From: Octopus bimaculoides
Taxonomy: Eukaryota
DNA length: 42,499 nucleotides
Direction: 5' to 3'
NCBI RefSeq assembly: GCF_001194135.2
Contig: NC_068987.1
Coordinates: 35,969,657 to 36,012,155 of the forward strand
Below, piece after piece: positions 1-9,620 of this stretch (position 1 is the first letter of the stretch; the number at the start of each line of letters is the position of its first letter). A model generated the notes under the pieces. The model made no database searches. It had not been told where the DNA came from and saw only the letters and a program-made list of their open reading frames with translations. The position numbers were made by a program, and so were the translations under genes.

Positions 1-58
1 TAATAATAATTATAATAACAACAATAATAATGATAATAATAACAATAATAATAATTAT

Positions 59-418
59 GCCAGCAGATGATAACGTTTCTCTAAAAGAAATGGAGTAACT
101 TTCAAAATACAAAGACCTGGAAATAGAGGTAACTCGAATGTGGAATCTAAAAGCAGAAACAAATCCTATCATAGTCGGTACATGAGGTATGATAAAAACA
201 TATTCAAACAAATACATAACACAAACACCACGACTTACAAGTATATGTATATAACATACAGAAAATTGAACTACTGGTCACTGCACACATCCTACGCAAA
301 ACACTTTCAATACAGTAACCATAAGAGCATTACAGCAAACCACAGCACATATCCAAGGCACACAGAGCTGCGCTCGGTAGTGAAGTGAAAGCATGCTACA
401 ATAATAAAACTACTGAAC
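59..418 (+). mobile_element. 5'-truncated R4/Dong-clade non-LTR retrotransposon 3' end (restriction-like endonuclease C-terminus + 3' UTR), degenerate
   Basis: Translates with stops/frameshifts to ADDNVSLKEME.LSKYKDLEIEVTRMWNLK...TAHILRKTLSIQ, a close paralog of the copy at 4013-4897 including the 3' UTR (gcgctcggtagtgaagtgaaagca). Flanked by (TAA)n on both sides. Confidence 0.85.
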
Positions 419-461
419 AATAATAATAATAATAATTATAATTATAATTACAATAATAATA

Positions 462-905
462 CAATTGCCGCAGACACCTACCTGAAAAACTCTGATGACT
501 GCATGTTAAAACTTGTCGCAAAGCTTGAAAACAAGAAAGCATCATACTCAGTAACAAAACAGGCAAAGGAATATCTAACTGAGCAGGTATAAAAATCTTG
601 AAATAGAAATTGGCAAAATGTGAAACCCCAAGACTAAAACAACTAGCTAAGATACCAGGAAACCCAAAATAGCAGAAATTCAATAGATAATGCTCATTGG
701 AACTGCTCATATACTACGTAAACACTGTCTATGTAATCTCAAATTTTAAAACACTGATAATTTTCTTATATTTTAAAACATTCTCTAGAACAATACTATG
801 CGCAAAACCAAATATATGACACCATAGGCATAACACCAACAAGAAATTGTAACTTTGTCTTGAGGTCTTTGGTTGAAACTAGGAGACAACTTGTACAAAT
901 ATAAG
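462..905 (+). mobile_element. Second, internally deleted R4-clade fragment (different subfamily) with 3' UTR
   Basis: Reads AADTYLKNSDDCMLKLVAKLENKKASYSVTKQAKEYL, then jumps to RYKNLEIEIGKM*N and IGTAHILRKTLSM*. The 3' UTR differs from that of 59-418. Confidence 0.65.
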
Positions 906-914
906 TAAATGTCA

Positions 915-1285
915 ATCTTAAAGAGCTGGAAACACTACTACAAACAGCACATAGCTTTACCAAGGAAATAGATATGAAATTCGGATAAGAAAAATGTGCC
1001 AAAGCAACCCTGAAAAGAGGAAAATTAGTTAAAAGTAGCAACATAACACTAGATAAAGCCAATGAAATAAGAGAACTAGACGAAAACCAACCATACAAAT
1101 ATTTAGGAGTCAATGAACTAGATAGGATATAACATACACTAATGAAAGAAAAAATAAAGAAAGAGTACTACAGACGAGTTAGATCAATACTAAAAACAGA
1201 GCTCAATGCTAAAAACAAGATAATGGTATCAACACTTTAGCTGTCCCAGTTATAAGCTACAGCTACAATATCCTTAACTGAACAC
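915..1285 (+). mobile_element. R4-clade reverse transcriptase C-terminal/thumb fragment (pseudogenised), runs into assembly gap
   Basis: ELETLLQTAHSFTKEIDMKFG*EKCAKATLKRGKLV...QPYKYLGVNE...MKEKIKKEYYRRVRSILKTELNAKNK...LAVPVISYSY matches the R4-clade RT motifs FGxDKCA / YKYLG / KEYYRRVR. Contains stops and a frameshift. Confidence 0.85.
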
Positions 1286-1428
1286 NNNNNNNNNNNNNNN
1301 NNNNNNNNNNNNNNNNNNNNNNNNNNNNNNNNNNNNNNNNNNNNNNNNNNNNNNNNNNNNNNNNNNNNNNNNNNNNNNNNNNNNNNNNNNNNNNNNNNNN
1401 NNNNNNNNNNNNNNNNNNNNNNNNNNNN

Positions 1429-1533
1429 AGAAGAAGAAGAAGAAGAAGAAGAAGAAGAAGAAGAAGAAGAAGAAGAAGAAGAAGAAGAAGAAGAAGAAGA
1501 AGAAGAAGAAGAAGAAGAAGAAGAAGAAGAAGA
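1429..1533. repeat. (GAA)n microsatellite
   Basis: Direct sequence reading; abuts an N-gap. Confidence 0.97.
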
Positions 1534-1825
1534 ATTTATTTTGATTAAAGGCGCAATGCCTGCAATTGTCGTCTGAAGGAGCTAAGGCGTTCGAAGACAT
1601 TTTATGGAAAGCAACATCAACATCAAAGTATCTTTTGAATGCTTCCTACACGTTGTTGAATGCTATATACCAGAGACACATTCCAAAACATCTAAACTCT
1701 GATCGGTAAAAAAGTAGAATTCTTTTTGATCATTGAATTGATGAATTTTTCCTTTCTTATATTGATTTGTGGGATGAGAAAAACTGCGGAAATTTTGAGG
1801 GTTAGTTGTACAGTCGTTAATATAG

Positions 1826-2199
1826 GTGGAGGCGCAATGGCCCAGTGGTTAGGGCAGCGGACTCGCGGTCATAGGAACGCAGTTTCGATTCCCAGATCGG
1901 GCGTTGTGAATTTTTATTGAGCGTAAACACCTAAAAGCTCCACGAGGCTCCGGCAGAGGGTAGTGGCGAACCCTGCTGTACTCTTCCACCACAACTTTCT
2001 CTCACTCTTACTTCCTATTGTGCCTGTAATTCAAAGGGTCAGCCTTGTCACCCTGTGTCACGCTGAATATCCCCGAGAACTACGTTCACGTGTCTGTGGA
2101 GTGCTCAGCCACTTGCACGTTAATTTCACGAGCAGGCTGTTCCGTTGATCGAATCAACTGGAACTCTCGACGTCGTAAGAGACGGCGTGCCAACAACAA
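1826..2199 (+). mobile_element. tRNA-derived SINE (tRNA-Arg-like head) with (CAA)n tail and 11-bp TSD
   Basis: Pol III A box (tggcccagtggttag) and B box (gtttcgattccc). Anticodon-like TCG in gactcgcg. 3' stem-loop cgtc-gtaaga-gacg followed by caacaacaa. Perfect TSD CGTTAATATAG at 1815-1825 and 2200-2210. Confidence 0.88.
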
Positions 2200-2680
2200 C
2201 GTTAATATAGATCATATAAAAATGTGTTCGTGTTAACGATGATATTTGCTTGTTTGTTGGTGGTGGTGATATTAGCATTGGTTTTGGAGATGAACTTATG
2301 ACTAATCTTATTGCGTATTGAGAGTACAAATTGTAATTGCAGTGTCACCATTAGTGGTGAATTCTGTGGGGAATGTTGCGATGGGAGAGATATTTATAAT
2401 GATGGCAGTAGTTGCAGTGATAATGATTGTAAATACCAATATGGTAACAAGGTAGGTGGTATTCATAAGGTACTAATGAAATTCCTGAAGATGATACTGC
2501 ATGTAGTGTTACAGTCGATACAGATGATAATAATTCTGAATGATAATTGCAGTAGAGCTGTGAGTGTAACTGTGTGGATAAAAATGCTAGCAATGGTGGA
2601 TACGGGGAGACAATGGTAGCGGTGTAAGAGGATATGAAATGCTAGAGAAGTAGTATGATTCATGGTGATAATGTTAGTAA

Positions 2681-2865
2681 GCGCAGGGGTGGCTTTGTGG
2701 TAAGAAGCTACATTTCAACCACATTGCTACGGGTTCAGTCTCACAGCGTGACACTTTCGATAAATGTCTTCTTCTATAGCCTCGACCCAACCAAAACCCT
2801 TCTGTGTGGATTCTGAGGACAGAAACGAAAAGAAACCCGACGTATATTAATATGTATGGATTTGT

Positions 2866-2903
<38 letters not shown>

Positions 2904-3058
2904 GTGTGTTTGTTTGTGTGTGTTTGTGTGTGTGTGTGTGTATGAGTGTGCGTGTGCGTGTATTTGTCTCCCACCACTGCTTGACAATGAGTGCTGGTGT
3001 ATTTACGCCCCAGCGTGGCCGCGATCTAGTAGCCGAAAGAGGTAAACGATAAAAAATA
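2681..3058 (+). mobile_element. tRNA-derived SINE with internal (TG)n tract, degenerate
   Basis: A-box-like tggctttgtggtaag and B-box-like gggttcagtctc. Central domain gacactttcgataaatgtcttc. Homologous to the copy at 26490-26870 (shared cgcttgacaa..tgctggtgt.tttac and gaaac.gaaagaa.ccc). Confidence 0.75.
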
Positions 3059-3978
3059 GAAGCATTGGTATTGGTAGCAACGTTCATGAAGATAATGGAT
3101 TTGTTACTGTTTGGAAAATCTGTTTGTAATAGTTTTTGACAGTGGTAGGTGAGACAGAAGCATTGCTGATGGTAGCTTTCCTATTGATTCAGAAAGAAGA
3201 GATGGTGATGATATTCTGCCTGATAATTGTGGCAGTGGAATGAGTTACTGATAAAGCAAAAGCAACATCGCTGTTAATAGGGATAGTTCGGTATAGAGGG
3301 TGATGCAGTTGAAGTGTTGACAATATCGGCGATAATAGTTGTCGCAGTGTTCATAATAGCATTTATGGCGATGTTATGGATGTGATTATTGATAGAATAT
3401 GCATTGTTTTAACAATAACAAACGGAATTATTGCCAACAGACATTTCAAATAATGTTGAAAAGATTGTGATTATTTTGATAATGATAAAAATTAATGATG
3501 TTGGTGTATTAGTAGTGATGAATGTTGCTGGAGGTGATGGTGTTGGAGATGATGGGGGTTTAGGTATAATTCAGTAAAAGTAGTGATGACGGTGTCATTG
3601 CAGAAGGTTGCAGTACTGATGGTGTGATAAAAGTTTATGAGGTGATAATATTGATCAATATAATACTGGTAATAATAAAAAGAAGAATAAAAGAATAAGA
3701 AATACCAGTAGTAAACATATGTCACTGTTGTGTTTGCAGTTCCTGCTGCTGCTATTGCTGTTGCTATTAATTTTACGAAAATAAGAACAACAGGCAGAAG
3801 AACCAGTCTTCTGACAATTATGACCACAAACAATATCACTTCTATTACTATTACCTCGATCACATATAACCTGATTTTGCAACAATTAATAATAATGACG
3901 AATCATTCTATTAATGTTGATGATGGTGGTAAAAAAAGATTAACGATAGTAAAATAATAATGACACTAATAATAATAC

Positions 3979-4012
<34 letters not shown>

Positions 4013-4016
<4 letters not shown>

Positions 4017-4896
4017 TAGTTTTATTTTTATAACGTGCTTTCACTTCACTACCGAGCGCAGCTCTGTGCGCCTTGGGTATGTGCTGTGGTTTGCTGTGGT
4101 GCTCTTATGTTTACTGTATTGAAAGTGTTTTGCGTAGAATGTGTGCAGTACCCAGTAGTGCAATTTTCTGTATGTTATATATATTTGTAAGTCCTGGTGT
4201 TTTTGTTATGTATTTGTCTGAATATTTTTTTATTATACCTAAGGCACCTACTATGATAGGAATTGTTTCTGTTTTTAGATTCCACATTCGAGTTATCTCT
4301 ATTTCCAGGTCTTTGTATTTTGAAAGTTTTTCCATTTCTTTTAGAGAAACGTTGTCATCTGCTGNNNNNNNNNNNNNNNNNNNNNNNNNNNNNNNNNNNN
4401 NNNNNNNNNNNNNNNNNNNNNNNNNNNNNNNNNNNNNNNNNNNNNNNNNNNNNNNNNNNNNNNNNNNNNNNNNNNNNNNNNNNNNNNNNNNNNNNNNNNN
4501 NNNNNNNNNNNNNNNNNNNNNNNNNNNNNNNNNNNNNNNNNNNNNNNNNNNNNNNNNNNNNNNNNNNNNNNNNNCTGGTCTATTTGCCTTAATTTCTCTA
4601 TCTGTGTGTATTGGCATATCCCAGAGTATGGTTGCTTTCTCGTTTTCTGTGACCTTTTCTGGCGTGTGTTTATACCATCTTTTTTCTGTTGCTATTCCAT
4701 AATGTTGGCATAGCTTCCAGTGTATATAGGTCCCAGCTCTGTCGTGTCTGTGAATATATTCCTTCTTAGCCAGGACTGGGCAGCCAGAGATAATATGATT
4801 TATTGTTTCTTGTCGATCTCCACATATTCTACAGTTACTTGTTATATTTCTTTTCATTATGTGTTTTTGGTAATTTCTGGTGGGGAGGCTTTGGTC

Positions 4897-4897
<1 letters not shown>
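4013..4897 (-). mobile_element. 5'-truncated R4/Dong-clade non-LTR retrotransposon (CCHC knuckle + restriction-like endonuclease + 3' UTR), interrupted by gap
   Basis: ORF 4111-4857(-): CRICGDRQETINHIISGC (CCHC), RHD, ILWDMPIHTDREIKANRP, KEMEKLSKYKDLEIEITRMW, IPIIVGALG, LLGTAHILRK, all typical of R4-clade C-termini. (TAA)n on both flanks. Confidence 0.92.
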
Positions 4898-4951
<54 letters not shown>

Positions 4952-5017
4952 GTAAAAACAACAACAATAATAATAATAATAGTAATAAAGATAATAGAAA
5001 TAATAATAATCATAATC

Positions 5018-5115
<98 letters not shown>
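4897..5115. repeat. Compound (TTA)n/(TAA)n microsatellite
   Basis: Direct reading: (TTA)n, then (TAA)n, then (TTA)n. Confidence 0.95.
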
Positions 5116-5116
<1 letters not shown>

Positions 5117-6556
5117 CACTAAATTTTAACTAGATTGATAAAGGATTTCTTGAGAATGAAAATGATGCGTAGGGAAGATGAGGTCGGAATTTATACATAA
5201 AATAGCGATGAAATTACATTATGGCGTAGGTGGTAGGATGGGAAATTGAAAATAAACAGCAAGAAAGGTAGCATAAAAAGCAACGTCAACAACAATAAAC
5301 AAACATTGTCAGTCTTAGGAAAAATAAGAGAAAGTCATGCACAAGAGAAGCAATGCTTGAAAAAGGTGCCATATAATAATCAACAAGCTGATAATCGCAG
5401 TAATGACAAGGAGAGGTATTGCAAAGATATATGTTTATGCATGTATTTGTGTTTGCATACATACGCGTATATTCATAGGCGCAATCATATAGGAAATATA
5501 TAGGTTTATACACGTACGCCACGCAGGCGCACACAGACGCGCGCGCATACACACACATGTATACATACAAGTACACACAAACACATTTATATATACTCTC
5601 GCGTACTTATGCTTACATTATATATATATGCATCCATATATATATATACGAATGCCCACATATATACTTATAAATACACACACAAAAAATATAGTAGCAA
5701 GAAATAAAGATTCCTACAGAGACTGGCACTTGAAAACGAATAAAAAAATGAAATATATTCTGTACATTTTGAGCAAATAACAAAATGAAAAGGTAAGTTT
5801 TTTTTTCTTTTAGAATATAAAAAATAACACTGATGGGCCAAAAAGCAAGAAGAAAATATATTTTAAAAAATATGCTAAACATAAAAAGAAACTGATTATA
5901 AAATAAACAGATCATCAAAATAATCATTAAAAATACACGAAATACAAAATTACATTTAATATTATGAAAAAGTAATAAAATAACTCAATAAATTTACAAA
6001 TCCGCCATGTTGTTTATTATTCAGTTAGAGCTGATTTGTGCAATTTGTTTTTTACCTGCAAATTTTTGCAGTTTTTCTCTTAAAATGTTTTTAATAGAGG
6101 TGTTTATTCTAACAACCATTCATATGAAAAATATGCTGATAACTTCCTGTAAATCAAACATGTTCAGGAGGAAGACAAAAGTACGGAAATAATTCGAAGT
6201 ATATGTACGCGAATATCAACACACACATATTCATGTATGTATTGTTGTTGCGTGTGTATGTACATATATATATATATATACTAATATGAATATATGTACA
6301 TTTATAAATATATATGTGTAAATATGTATTATAGATACACATATATATTATCGATAGTGACTTCGAAGTTTCGACCTGATAGTCGAAACGTCGATGTCGC
6401 TTACAAAATATTCCTTTTTAAGATTAATAACTCTGTACTCTACAAAAGAATCGTGTAACCCATCAAGTCAATGTTAAATTGTATTATTATACCTGAATAT
6501 AAAAATAAACATTAAAATATGAATGTATATGTGTGTATGTATGTATGTATGTATGT

Positions 6557-6589
<33 letters not shown>

Positions 6590-6591
<2 letters not shown>

Positions 6592-7514
6592 CATTACTTT
6601 TATTAGCCACACAGGGCTCAACAAAGATGGGACGAATACAATGTAGAGCTTTTCTTTTTAGGAGGGGGAAGGAAGAGAAAAAAAAGTAGAGGTGGGTGTC
6701 GATCAAAAGGGATCGTAGGAAGGAAAAAAGGGGGAAATTCGATCAAAAGGGACCGAGAGAAAAAAATATTTAAAAAAAAAAAGCGATCAATAGGGATCCT
6801 GTATCACAGTGATGTTCTCGTGTAAAAAGAGGGGAGGACAGTTTAGGTTTAGCCGTGGAAAGAANNNNNNNNNNNNNNNNNNNNNNNNNNNNNNNNNNNN
6901 NNNNNNNNNNNNNNNNNNNNNNNNNNNNNNNNNNNNNNNNNNNNNNNNNNNNNNNNNNNNNNNNNNNNNNNNNNNNNNNNNNNNNNNNNNNNNNNNNNNN
7001 NNNNNNNNNNNNNNNNNNNNNNNNNNNNNNNNNNNNNNNNNNNNNNNNNNNNNNNNNNNNNNNNNNNNNNNNNNNNNNNNNNNNNNNNNNNNNNNNNNNN
7101 NNNNNNNNNNNNNNNNNNNNNNNNNNNNNNNNNNNNNNNNNNNNNNNNNNNNNNNNNNNNNNNNNNNNNNNNNNNNNNNNNNNNNNNNNNNNNNNNNNNN
7201 NNNNNNNNNNNNNNNNNNNNNNNNNNNNNNNNNNNNNNNNNNNNNNNNNNNNNNNNNNNNNNNNNNNNNNNNNNNNNNNNNNNNNNNNNNNNNNNNNNNN
7301 NNNNNNNNNNNNNNNNNNNNNNNTAAACAGGCGGGTCAGGTATTCCTCGTCGACGCCCAGGTTCACCCCGAGATGGTCGTCGTACCTTCCCTGCACTAAT
7401 CGACTATAGAATGCGTTAGTTGTGATGCAGTCGCTCAAGGTTGACCCGGGTTGTTGGAGTTGCCGGAGAGCAACGCGACACTCGCGGTGCCAATCGCCCT
7501 TCCTCGGCCTCTTC

Positions 7515-7515
<1 letters not shown>
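6590..7515 (-). mobile_element. 5'-truncated Tx1/L1-group LINE 3' end inside a (GATA)n microsatellite (middle in gap)
   Basis: Minus strand reads (TATC)n, then an open frame KRPRKGDWHRECRVALRQLQQPGSTLSDCITTNAFYSRLVQGRYDDHLGVNLGVDEEYLTRLF, then a gap, a pyrimidine-rich 3' UTR, AATAAA and (TATC)n. GC-rich coding-like sequence. The Tx1 assignment is from recall of the ORF2 C-terminal region and is not verified by search. Confidence 0.6.
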
Positions 7516-7581
<66 letters not shown>

Positions 7582-7763
7582 TATGCATACATGTCATAGA
7601 TAAGGAAGACGGAAACGGGAATTCTGACGTCCATGGAATTAAGAGTAAAACGGTCCGACATATAAACTCCTCCTTTTTTCGACACACCTTAGTAGCATTG
7701 AAAATACATTTTCTTTCTTATTCTTATGTATGAAACTGATTATTTTTCTATATAAATTAATAT

Positions 7764-7850
7764 ATGAGAGCGAGGCTTTCAAAAGATCAATCAGCTAAAC
7801 TATTTGCAGAGAAGCTCTTGAAACTCGGTGAAGGGTGAGTTCCAACTGAT
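7764..7850 (+). mobile_element. Short Helitron/Pif1-type helicase remnant
   Basis: Translates MRARLSKDQSAKLFAEKLLKLGEG*VPTD, resembling the Helitron helicase motif NMR...D...FA..LL.IG.G. Confidence 0.45.
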
Positions 7851-9524
7851 AAAGTACAGTTTCTTACACTCAATTCAATATGTAATTCAACAAATTCCGT
7901 CAATGATTTGGTGCATTAAATCTTCCATAATTTTCTTCATAATTACAACAATACAGATTGAGTCAGTGGGGTCCAAAAAAAAAAATCCTTTTCCTTATGC
8001 ACTCTGAAATAAAATAAATAAAATATTGTTTATAAAGAAATATTCACTCCTAATGCAACATGAATACTTCAATAAATTAATTTACCATTACTACCATTAC
8101 ATTCAAGCATGAGTGAATTACCTATTTAAATGAACTGTATTATCTAAATGGCATTACTATATTGATAAATAAAATATCACATATAACACACTTATTGTCA
8201 TATAATAAATGAACAAAAGTTTATTACATATTTTTCTCCTATAAAAATACACCCGAACAGGAGTTAGTTACATATATAGTAATACATTAAATGTAGCTCC
8301 TGAAACACAGTAAATGTAATTACCCGATCAATGATGGGTATTAGTGCCAGTGTTTTATTAATCACATTGCATCTAAGACTAAAAGTACGAATATGATTGT
8401 TTTTTGAGAGAACTGTCCTGCATAGATATTTGGCGTATTTTATGTTATTTACCCATTGGACATGTAAAAAAAATATTTTTTGTTACAAATATGTTTCTTG
8501 ATCCAAATAAATATATCAGGCATTTTGTATTATTATGATTATTATCATATTTTTTCCTGCTTGCAATTTTCTACCAGATGTATGTCCATGTACTTGAGAT
8601 TTTTGCATCATCGTATTTTAGAGAAATATGATTGTGTTTGTATACTTTCTGTAAAACTTAATTTGTTTATCTGACTCCGCCACTCGCTGCGATTTATACT
8701 CAAAGTATGTCTTGGTTCTCTCTAACACTCAGTTCTCACATAGTTTTCCAATGTAGTAGTTTCGCTTCTTCATCATACCCTCACAAGTTATATGCTTTGG
8801 GGCAAATCTAGAGCTTATGTTCACGACAGAAGCAATGGTTTCGTCAACTCTATTACAGATTCCTTAAGTTGATCACACAATTTGTGTCCAAACCTTCGAC
8901 TTTCGATGCTATTATGGTGCCCTTAATCTTTTTTCAAGAGTGTTACTTTCCAGCATATTCAGTTGTGGCTACATGGAATTGGTTGTGCTATCCCTTGTTG
9001 CGTAATACTTTTTCATGTCTTTCTTGTACTGCTCGTTTTTTTTTGTTTTTTTTTTTGCTTTGTTTTTTTTTCTCTGCTTTTTATACTCACTCATTCCTAA
9101 CTGACACTAGCAAGGTTTCGAACTTACAAGTTCGATATGTATGCAGTCTTCCACACTTATCAGCTCCCTTCCTCCATTTGCTCTCTTCAGATATAGGCGA
9201 TCAGTGTCTGCATTTGGATGGTGGTCTCCTTTCATTGCTACGAGCCTTCTGATCTTTTTTCTCCTACGCACAAATAATTACCAGCAACAAATGAGAGAAG
9301 CAGTAACAAGAAAATAATCAACAACTAAAACTGCACATGGAGGTGTGTCGGGGTAATGAAACTTGAATACGTTGGACTTGAAAAAGAAAGCCTGCGGGGC
9401 TCTGATTATTAGTTCAACTGATATCGAAGGTTGTGGTGGAAAGAACTGCTGGCTTGTGTCATTGAAAGAACGATAATTATGTAAGGAATGAATGAAAAAG
9501 TAAGTGCTAGATAGTAAATTAGAA

Positions 9525-9620
9525 AATGGATAACGGTGGCTTTGCTAGATAGATTTAGGGAGCACATCATGTGCGTCTCTATCAAGCATCAAGGGAAGAG
9601 CATTATATGTAGGTGTATAT
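9525..9620 (+). mobile_element. Possible Penelope-like GIY-YIG endonuclease relic
   Basis: LLDRFREHI resembles the GETGRxLxDRFxEH motif downstream of GIY-YIG; highly degraded. Confidence 0.3.

Noticed and set aside
1828-1900. Possible tRNA-Arg(TCG) gene
   Set aside because: No complete cloverleaf (the acceptor stem is unpaired). It continues into a SINE body and tail and is bounded by a TSD, so it is a SINE head.
4720-5133. ORFs with poly-L/N/Y/I runs, and similar ORFs at 13754-14545, 19382-20020, 38739-39202 and 41364-42043
   Set aside because: Pure translations of microsatellites and N-gaps.
7805-7845. Possible host micro-exon (cag|...|gtgagt)
   Set aside because: No polypyrimidine tract, and the sequence is better explained as a Helitron helicase remnant.
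8869-9252. 127-aa ORF
   Set aside because: Starts at a non-ATG codon, has low-complexity F-rich content and no recognisable domain.
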